DNA of 57,885 bases, taken from an uncultured Lachnospiraceae bacterium (GTDB taxonomy: Bacteria > Bacillota > Clostridia > Oscillospirales > CAG-272). The translations under genes and the position numbers were made by a program. Shown piece after piece: positions 9,199 through 15,819 of the stretch. Within the stretch, counting starts at the first letter, position 1, and every line of letters starts with the position of its first letter. A model generated the notes under the pieces. The model was not told where the DNA came from. It did not search any database and was given only the letters and a program-made list of their open reading frames with translations. The stretch is from assembly GCA_964413365.1 (NCBI GenBank), contig CAYPRM010000002.1, forward strand, positions 14,992 to 72,876. Direction: 5' to 3'.

Positions 9199-10670
9199 TT
9201 TCTCCTTCCGTAGATTTTTTCTATTGCCGTGCGGACGATCTCCCCCTCGTCAAACGGGTGGACGCCGCTCGCATCTATTTGATATTTTTCATGTCCCTTG
9301 CCTGCGAGCAGAATAATGTCATTCTTCCTCGCAGTCGCTATCGCAAAGCAGATAGCATTTTTTCTGTCGGGTATCACGCACGGCATCTCAAAGCCCTCCG
9401 TGCCCTCAAGTATATCCTCTATTATCCGCCGCGGATCCTCCGTTCTCGGATTGTCCGCCGTTATTATGCAAAGCTCCGAGCCTTGTAGTGCGATCCTGCC
9501 CATGAGCGGTCGCTTCTGTCTCTCCCTGTCTCCGCCACAGCCGAACACGGTGATGATCCTGCCACCCTTGGTCGTTCGTATATTCCGCACGCTCCGCAAC
9601 ACTCTCTCGAGTGCATCGGGTGTGTGTGCGTAGTCGATATAGACCGAAAAGCCAAACTCCTGCGGTATTTTAAGCATCTCGAGCCTGCCCGAAATGCTAC
9701 CGACCGTTCCGATAGCCTCTGCGACCTTGTGAGGCTCAAGACCTAACTCTATTGCGGCCGCTGCCGCCAGAAGCGTGTTCATGATCTGAAACTCACCGCA
9801 AAGCTGACTCTCAACGGAGCACGCGCCGTAGCGTCCGCCGAGCACGTAGGATATTCCGCGTGCCGAGCATACCGCCTGAGTTGCAATGTGATCCGCACGT
9901 CCCTGCCGTGAGCAGGAGATGCATCTGCACCTCGCATCACGAAGGACTCTTTTCCCGTAAATGTCGTCGGCATTTACCACACCGAGCCTGCAGTGCCCGA
10001 AAAGGCTGAGCTTTGAGAGGTAGTACCTCTCCATCGTGCCGTGGTAGTCGAGATGGTCCTCACTAAGTCCCGTAAAGACGCCGACCTCGAATTTTATCGG
10101 CTCGAGCCTTCTCTGATCGAGAGCGTGCGAGCTTGCCTCCATCACGACCGTGCCGATCCCTGCGTCCGCGATCCTTTGGAGCATCGGGTAGAGCTCCTCG
10201 GGATCGGGAGTTGTGAAATTTGACTCTGTGTACCCACGCCCAGCTGAAAAGGACGAACAGTTCAGCGTTCCTATGAGCTCACAGGGAATGTTAAGTGTAT
10301 CAAAAATATGCTTCAGTATGAAGGAAACGCTCGTTTTTCCGTTCGTTCCCGTAACTGCGATGAATTTAAGACGCTCCGTAGGACAGCCGCAGATGGCGTT
10401 CATCATTTTTGCGATCGCCGCGTGTGCGTCCGCCACCTTGACTGTTATACCGGGCGCGATATCGTCCCTCTCGGAGATGATGATGCGTGCGCCGTGCAAA
10501 AGGGCGTCATTTATATGTGAATTTCCGTCGCTCCGCGTCCCACGCAGGCAAACGAAGGCATATCCCTCTCTCACCCTGCGCGAATCCGCGCTCACACCCG
10601 TGATCTCGGTATCTCCGAGCCTCTCGGGGCAAAATATATCGCTCATCCTGCAAATATCGCGAAGCCTCAT
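9195..10670 (-). CDS. murE: UDP-N-acetylmuramoyl-L-alanyl-D-glutamate--2,6-diaminopimelate ligase MurE
   Basis: VTGTNGKTS P-loop. The DNPR motif (ITADNPRTEDP) indicates meso-DAP specificity. Start placed at MRLRDI (GGAGG upstream); the 10721 alternative would overlap the PBP gene. Confidence 0.9.
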   Translation of the reverse strand: MRLRDICRMSDIFCPERLGDTEITGVSADSRRVREGYAFVCLRGTRSDGNSHINDALLHGARIIISERDDIAPGITVKVADAHAAIAKMMNAICGCPTERLKFIAVTGTNGKTSVSFILKHIFDTLNIPCELIGTLNCSSFSAGRGYTESNFTTPDPEELYPMLQRIADAGIGTVVMEASSHALDQRRLEPIKFEVGVFTGLSEDHLDYHGTMERYYLSKLSLFGHCRLGVVNADDIYGKRVLRDARCRCISCSRQGRADHIATQAVCSARGISYVLGGRYGACSVESQLCGEFQIMNTLLAAAAAIELGLEPHKVAEAIGTVGSISGRLEMLKIPQEFGFSVYIDYAHTPDALERVLRSVRNIRTTKGGRIITVFGCGGDRERQKRPLMGRIALQGSELCIITADNPRTEDPRRIIEDILEGTEGFEMPCVIPDRKNAICFAIATARKNDIILLAGKGHEKYQIDASGVHPFDEGEIVRTAIEKIYGRRK

Positions 10671-10704
10671 AGCACCTCCACAAAAAAGAACTGCTTTAAC
10701 TTCC

Positions 10705-13293
10705 TTATTCATCAGGATCAAGATATCTCAATCTGACCGTTATAACGCTGCCCGACGGCAACACCGTGCCCGGCGGTGCCGACTGCTCGATGACCGTCGC
10801 TCCTGCGCCTATCATACCGTTCGTCGCTCCCACTATGCGGACGTTGAAACCTGCACAGGTGAGTGCTCTGTTTGCCTCGTATGCACTAAGTCCTACAAGG
10901 CTCGGAACGGTGGCGTCCGCGCTCGGCGTGGCATCTCCCGTATAGAGCGTTATTTTCTTGTTCGATGCGTCAATGACCGTGCCCGACGCAGGTATCTGCG
11001 ATACGACCGTGCCACCCGTGCCCTTGATGCTGACATCAAAGCCGCCCTCGTGCGCAAGCCTCTCCGCATCCGTCGCGGACATTCCGACAAGATCGGGAGT
11101 GCTCACCTCGCAAATGAGGCTCTCATCCCTTTCCTTACCAATGTAGGGGAGGATCTTATCCATGAGCGCCCCAACATAGGGTGCGGCTACGACACTTCCG
11201 TAAAGGACGCCGGTGCTCGGCTCATCGACCATTATAAGTGCCGCGATCTCAGGCTCGTCGGACGGTGCGAAGGCGACGCAGGAGCAGACGTAGGGCTCGA
11301 CTCCCTCCACTCGGAAATCATTTCCCTTCTTCTCACTCGTGCCCGTTTTCGCCGCGATCCTGTACCCTGCGACGTAGGCGTTTTTCGCACCTCCGTCCCC
11401 CGAAACGCCGCTCTCAAGAATTCCCGCGAGCGTCCTGCAGACCTCAGTGCTCACCACCTGACGCTTTATCTGTACCTCGTGTGAATACAAGGTCTCGCCG
11501 TCCGCGTCCGTGATGCTTTCTACTATATATGGCTCAAGCAGGTAACCGCCGTTTGCAACTGCGGCCACTGCCATTATATGCTGTATTGGTGTAACGTTGA
11601 AATTCTGACCGAAGGCGTATATTGCAAGGTCGAGAGAGGTCATGGCATTTCTTGTCTTGATGATCCCTCTGCCCTCACCCGGAAGGTCGATGCCCGTTTT
11701 CTCGAGGTATCCGAACGCTCCGAAGCGGTCGTAAAACGCCTCTGTGCCGATCCTCTCGCCGAGAGTCATGAACCAAACCACCTGACGCTTTATCTGTACC
11801 TCGTGTGAATACAAGGTCTCGCCGTCCGCGTCCGTGATGCTTTCTACTATATATGGCTCAAGCAGGTAACCGCCGTTTGCAACTGCGGCCACTGCCATTA
11901 TATGCTGTATTGGTGTAACGTTGAAATTCTGACCGAAGGCGTATATTGCAAGGTCGAGAGAGGTCATGGCATTTCTTGTCTTGATGATCCCTCTGCCCTC
12001 ACCCGGAAGGTCGATGCCCGTTTTCTCGAGGTATCCGAACGCTCCGAAGCGGTCGTAAAACGCCTCTGTGCCGATCCTCTCGCCGAGAGTCATGAACCAA
12101 ACGTTGCAGGACTGCGTGAGTCCCTCCGAAAATGTCAGGCTCCCATGTCCCCGTGTCTTGTGGCAATGTATCGTATGCCCCGAGACGGAGAGCGAGCCGC
12201 CGCAGAAAACTCTGTCGCTCGCGATATTGACCTTACCCTCGCTAAGTGCCATAGCCGAGGTCAGTATCTTGAAGGTCGAGCCGGGAATGTAGGAATCGGA
12301 GACTGCCTTATTTCTCCACATTTCAAGGAGATATGCGGAATATGCCGCTCTGTATTCGTCGCTTCCCTGCTCATATCCGTCCCTTGCAAGCAGGTCGGAA
12401 TAATATGCATTGAGCACTCTCGGATCGTTGAGATCGTACCCCGGGACCGTCGCCATGGCGAGTATCGCGCCCGTTTTGACATTCACAACTATTCCGCAGG
12501 CTCTGTTCTTAGCGTCGCTCTCGCCGACAGCCTCAAGCAGCTGCTCCTCAAGAGCGCTCTGTATGTATGCATCCAGCGTGGTCTGCAGGCTCGCGCCGCT
12601 GACCGCGGGTATGTAGCTTTCGTATTCATAGGGCAGCTCGTTTCCAAAGGAATCTCTTGCGGTAATGTAGTAGCCGTCCGTTCCTCGCAGGCTTTCGTCG
12701 TAGTACGCTTCAAGTCCCCAGACGCCCTTTGCGTCCGAGCTCGTAAAGCCTATCACCGACGAGGCGAGCGTCCCGTTTGGATAATATCTCGAATATCCCG
12801 CCTCGACGAACACCATGTCGTGGTAGGAATTTTCCTCTATAAATTTTCTCACTCCGTCAGCGATCTCATCGGAGGCACCGCTCATCACCGTCCTGTCGAG
12901 GTAGCCCGTATAGGTGGTGTGCTTCAGTATCTCGTCGTAGTCAAGGGAGAGGATCTGCGAGAGTCCGCGGGATATGTGCTCTGCGTAGCAGATGTCAATT
13001 CCTGCGCGGTCCGCTCTTCTCTGCTCCTTCGCTATCGCGGAGGGGGAGATGAATATTCTGTATGTTGTAACGGAGGTGGCAAGCACCCTGCCGTATCTGT
13101 CGTATATATTTCCACGCGGTGCGCGCGTGGGGCTTTGCGTCGTCATCTGATCGAGCACCTTGTCAAGGTAGAGATCAAAGTCGACGGTCTGTATATAAAG
13201 CACTCTTATGAGTAATGCCGCGAGCATCAGAAGCACAAGTGCCAGGCACAGTGCGGATCTCGCGCGTCCCGAAAAGCTAACGTATCCTCTCAT
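10705..13293 (-). CDS. Class B penicillin-binding protein (FtsI/PBP2B/SpoVD-like) with two C-terminal PASTA domains; carries an internal 108-aa duplication
   Basis: N-terminal TM helix, SxxK (STFK), SxN (SCN) and KTG (KTGT) motifs, two PASTA-like repeats at the C-terminus. ATG at 13293 is preceded by GGTGGAAGGGG; the track start at 13308 is GTG. Confidence 0.9.
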   Translation of the reverse strand: MRGYVSFSGRARSALCLALVLLMLAALLIRVLYIQTVDFDLYLDKVLDQMTTQSPTRAPRGNIYDRYGRVLATSVTTYRIFISPSAIAKEQRRADRAGIDICYAEHISRGLSQILSLDYDEILKHTTYTGYLDRTVMSGASDEIADGVRKFIEENSYHDMVFVEAGYSRYYPNGTLASSVIGFTSSDAKGVWGLEAYYDESLRGTDGYYITARDSFGNELPYEYESYIPAVSGASLQTTLDAYIQSALEEQLLEAVGESDAKNRACGIVVNVKTGAILAMATVPGYDLNDPRVLNAYYSDLLARDGYEQGSDEYRAAYSAYLLEMWRNKAVSDSYIPGSTFKILTSAMALSEGKVNIASDRVFCGGSLSVSGHTIHCHKTRGHGSLTFSEGLTQSCNVWFMTLGERIGTEAFYDRFGAFGYLEKTGIDLPGEGRGIIKTRNAMTSLDLAIYAFGQNFNVTPIQHIMAVAAVANGGYLLEPYIVESITDADGETLYSHEVQIKRQVVWFMTLGERIGTEAFYDRFGAFGYLEKTGIDLPGEGRGIIKTRNAMTSLDLAIYAFGQNFNVTPIQHIMAVAAVANGGYLLEPYIVESITDADGETLYSHEVQIKRQVVSTEVCRTLAGILESGVSGDGGAKNAYVAGYRIAAKTGTSEKKGNDFRVEGVEPYVCSCVAFAPSDEPEIAALIMVDEPSTGVLYGSVVAAPYVGALMDKILPYIGKERDESLICEVSTPDLVGMSATDAERLAHEGGFDVSIKGTGGTVVSQIPASGTVIDASNKKITLYTGDATPSADATVPSLVGLSAYEANRALTCAGFNVRIVGATNGMIGAGATVIEQSAPPGTVLPSGSVITVRLRYLDPDE
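11453..12102. repeat. Perfect 324-bp direct tandem duplication inside the PBP gene
   Basis: 11453-11776 equals 11777-12100 base for base on manual comparison. Two further bases (AC) match at 12101-12102. The protein shows WFMTLGERIG...QIKRQVV twice. Confidence 0.95.
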
Positions 13294-13318
13294 ACGAACC
13301 CCTTCCACCGACCGTATT

Positions 13319-13424
13319 TAAGAAAAATAAACGGTGAGAGCCGGATTCAAGCAAATGGGCCGTTGCTCTTGCTCCGCGTCGGAAGTCTAACCTCCACGAA
13401 AGACACCGACCTGCTCTTCACCGT
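13319..13424 (-). promoter_or_regulatory. Candidate structured RNA / attenuator upstream of the PBP gene (class unknown)
   Basis: Minus strand: closing stem ACGGTGAAGAGC / GCTCTCACCGT enclosing two hairpins (GTCGG.GTCT-loop-AGAC..CCGAC and GAGCAA-CGGCCCAT-TTGCTT), followed by TTTATTTTTCTT about 10 nt before the PBP RBS. Confidence 0.3.
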
Positions 13425-13564
13425 TTTTCAAGTGTGGCAAATGGAAATTGATCTGCCCTCCATATAATATGCAGGGAGGACTGATCTTATGATACCCGAC
13501 TCGGGCGTCGGATATGCTAAGAGGTGCTTGCGGCTGTTCTGCCGCATTTTATTTTTGTTTTTAT

Positions 13565-14185
13565 TTACGAGAAAAGTAAAATTATCGAAATTATTATGAG
13601 TATCAGCGACGCACATACCGCGCCGATAGCTATCAGAGCGGTCATCGGGAGCTTTTTTCTCTCCGATCTCGCCCGTTCCGCCCTTTTGGGGGCTTTTTCG
13701 GTGGTATCGTGGGCTTTTTTCGTCATACCTGCGCTCTCGCCGCTTCCCTTTTTGGAAGTAGGGCGCGGAGCATCGGGCTTTACCCTAAGATCTCCGCCTG
13801 CACGCTTGCGCAAGGTCGCGCCGACGTCCGTTTTCTTCGTCTCGGTCTGCTTTGGGCTGACCTTCTTGTACCTCTCGCGGTCTATGCGGTCGAGGACGAG
13901 CCTTGTGTCGGTCTCGGCGTCGGGTGTCGGCATACGGTCCCTTGACGAGGTGCAATAATCGACGAAATCGCCGTCGGTCATATTTTTTCTCACGGTGCGC
14001 GTGCTGTCGTTCAGAGAAAGTCTGTACGAGCTTGGGGAAAGAGTGCGTGAGCGTATCTCGCACATCTCCTGCTCGCCGCTCTCCTTAGCACCGCTATAAT
14101 AGCTCCTTCCGCGATCCTCATATCTTGCACAGAGCTTATCAAGGGCTGAGCTGTGCTCGCTTTTTCTGTCTTGGGGCTTCTTCAT
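13565..14185 (-). CDS. Hypothetical basic, low-complexity protein with a single C-terminal TM anchor (occupies the ftsL position)
   Basis: 206 aa, K/R/E/S/T-rich. The only hydrophobic segment is the last ~27 residues (LPMTALIAIGAVCASLILIIISIILLFS-stop). GAGGG RBS, 13 nt after the rsmH stop. Confidence 0.6.
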   Translation of the reverse strand: MKKPQDRKSEHSSALDKLCARYEDRGRSYYSGAKESGEQEMCEIRSRTLSPSSYRLSLNDSTRTVRKNMTDGDFVDYCTSSRDRMPTPDAETDTRLVLDRIDRERYKKVSPKQTETKKTDVGATLRKRAGGDLRVKPDAPRPTSKKGSGESAGMTKKAHDTTEKAPKRAERARSERKKLPMTALIAIGAVCASLILIIISIILLFS

Positions 14186-14198
14186 GGTGAAGTCCCTC

Positions 14199-15134
14199 TT
14201 ATATCTTCTCTGCTACTCTGAGTTTTGCGCTCTTGGAACGGCTGTTCGCCTCAAGCTCGCTCTCACTCGGAAGTATCGGCTTTTTACTTATTATCCTTAT
14301 CCTCGGCGTGTTTCCGCATACGCACACGGGAAAATCCTTCGGGCAGGTGCAACCGCTCGCAAGGGATGCAAACGTCTGCTTTACTATTCTATCCTCGAGG
14401 GAATGGAAGGTGATTATCGCTATCCTTCCGCCGACGTTCATGCGTCTGACCGCCGCCCTTACCGTAGGCTCGATGACGTCAAGCTCACGGTTGACCTCGA
14501 TCCTTATCGCCTGAAAAACTCGCTTTACCGAGCTCAGCTCCTCGCGTCTTGCGAAGGGCGGAACACAGCTCTTTACTATCTCGGCGAGCCTCAGAGTGCT
14601 ATCTATCGGGGCGATCTCGCGTTCACGAATGATGCCGAGCGTGATGCGAGGGGCGAATTTTTCCTCGCCAAACTCGTACAGCACCCTTTTGAGTGCGTCG
14701 GGCGAATACCCGTTGACCACGTCGTAGGCACTGCGGACTGCCCTCTTGTCCATTCTCATATCGAGGGGCGCATCGTGCATATACGAAAATCCGCGCTCCG
14801 CCGTGTCGAGCTGATAGGACGAAACTCCAAGATCAAGGAGCAGACCGTCTATTTTTTCGATACCGAGCCTGTCGAGCACTGCATCGAGGTTTGAAAAATT
14901 ATCTCTCACGACCTTGACTCTCTCCCCAAAGGGGCTGAGCCTCTCGCCTATCACCTTAATGGCGTCAGCGTCCTGATCGATCGCTATGAGCGTACCGCTC
15001 GTGAGCCTTGCGGCTATCTGTGCGGAATGTCCCGCGCCTCCCGCCGTGCCGTCAACATAAATACCGTCGGGCTTTATGTCAAGGGCGTCAATGCTCTCCC
15101 CGAGCATTACCGAAAAGTGAGAGAATTCCTTCAT
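14199..15134 (-). CDS. rsmH: 16S rRNA (cytosine1402-N4)-methyltransferase RsmH
   Basis: HFSVMLGESIDAL...DGTAGGAGHS motif. Start at MKEFSHF, directly after the mraZ stop. Confidence 0.95.
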   Translation of the reverse strand: MKEFSHFSVMLGESIDALDIKPDGIYVDGTAGGAGHSAQIAARLTSGTLIAIDQDADAIKVIGERLSPFGERVKVVRDNFSNLDAVLDRLGIEKIDGLLLDLGVSSYQLDTAERGFSYMHDAPLDMRMDKRAVRSAYDVVNGYSPDALKRVLYEFGEEKFAPRITLGIIREREIAPIDSTLRLAEIVKSCVPPFARREELSSVKRVFQAIRIEVNRELDVIEPTVRAAVRRMNVGGRIAIITFHSLEDRIVKQTFASLASGCTCPKDFPVCVCGNTPRIRIISKKPILPSESELEANSRSKSAKLRVAEKI

Positions 15135-15135
15135 A

Positions 15136-15558
15136 TTACAGACCGACTGCCTCAAGAGCGTCAATAAGAGCAGCCATATCCATCTCCTCATCGTTGCGTC
15201 TGTAAAGATCAGCCGACCAGATCTCGGCGTAATCTCCGCATCCGACGATGACGGTCTCCTTGGATATCTGCGCGTATTTCAGCATCTCGGAGGGGATAAC
15301 GATCCTTCCCTGCGCGTCCGCCTCAAGCTCGACGGAATGACCGTAGAGGTAGCGAACGAGCGGCTCTGAGAACTTTCTGTCCATCTCCTTTATGGGAGTA
15401 ACGTACCTTTCCCATTCCTCGGGCGAGCAGATCTTAAGATAATTTCCTCTGAGGCTCTGCGAGACGACAAAGGTCTTACCTATCTCGAGTCTTATCTTCG
15501 ACGGCACGAAAAGTCTGTTTTTCGTATCAACATTATGAGAAAATTCACCGTGAAACAT
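15136..15558 (-). CDS. mraZ: Transcriptional regulator MraZ
   Basis: MFHGEFSHNVDTKNRLFVPSK plus a second SpoVT-AbrB repeat. AAAGGAG RBS 8 nt upstream of the ATG at 15558. Confidence 0.95.
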   Translation of the reverse strand: MFHGEFSHNVDTKNRLFVPSKIRLEIGKTFVVSQSLRGNYLKICSPEEWERYVTPIKEMDRKFSEPLVRYLYGHSVELEADAQGRIVIPSEMLKYAQISKETVIVGCGDYAEIWSADLYRRNDEEMDMAALIDALEAVGL

Positions 15559-15594
15559 AATTTCTGCTCCTTTCCGAGAGATTTGGCGGCTTTT

Positions 15595-15633
15595 CCACCA
15601 CTTTGAACCACTTTCGTGGGTTTTTCCCCCACG
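15595..15633 (-). promoter_or_regulatory. Candidate MraZ operator: GTGG(G/T) direct repeats
   Basis: Minus strand reads GTGGGGGAAAAACCCACGAAAGTGGTTCAAAGTGGTGG. Boxes lie at 15628-15632, 15607-15611 and 15597-15601 (spacing 21 and 10 bp), just downstream of the predicted -10. Confidence 0.5.
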
Positions 15634-15643
15634 ACGCATCACT

Positions 15644-15672
15644 ATTATACTAAATACACAGAAAAATTGCAA
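15644..15672 (-). promoter_or_regulatory. Pmra: SigA-type promoter of the dcw cluster
   Basis: Minus strand reads TTGCAA, a 17-nt spacer, then TATAAT. Confidence 0.65.
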
Positions 15673-15766
15673 TAGCTTTTTTGAAAAAACTGAAATTTAT
15701 TTTATTAATTTTTTTATTTTCTTTTATGAATTTTTTGTGAAGTGTATGCTTTGAGCCTTCAGAACG

Positions 15767-15801
15767 CGAAAAATCCACCCCACGCGATGCGTGGGGTGGA
15801 T
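15767..15801 (-). terminator. Intrinsic terminator after the LRR lipoprotein gene
   Basis: ATCCACCCCACGC-atc-GCGTGGGGTGGAT (13-bp stem) followed by TTTTT on the minus strand. Confidence 0.85.
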
Positions 15802-15819
15802 TGGATCTTGTGTTATATT

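Noticed and set aside
13428-13616. 62-aa minus-strand ORF, considered as a possible hidden ftsL.
   Set aside because: It has no TM segment or coiled-coil character, overlaps the 3' end of the 206-aa gene in another frame, and has no RBS.
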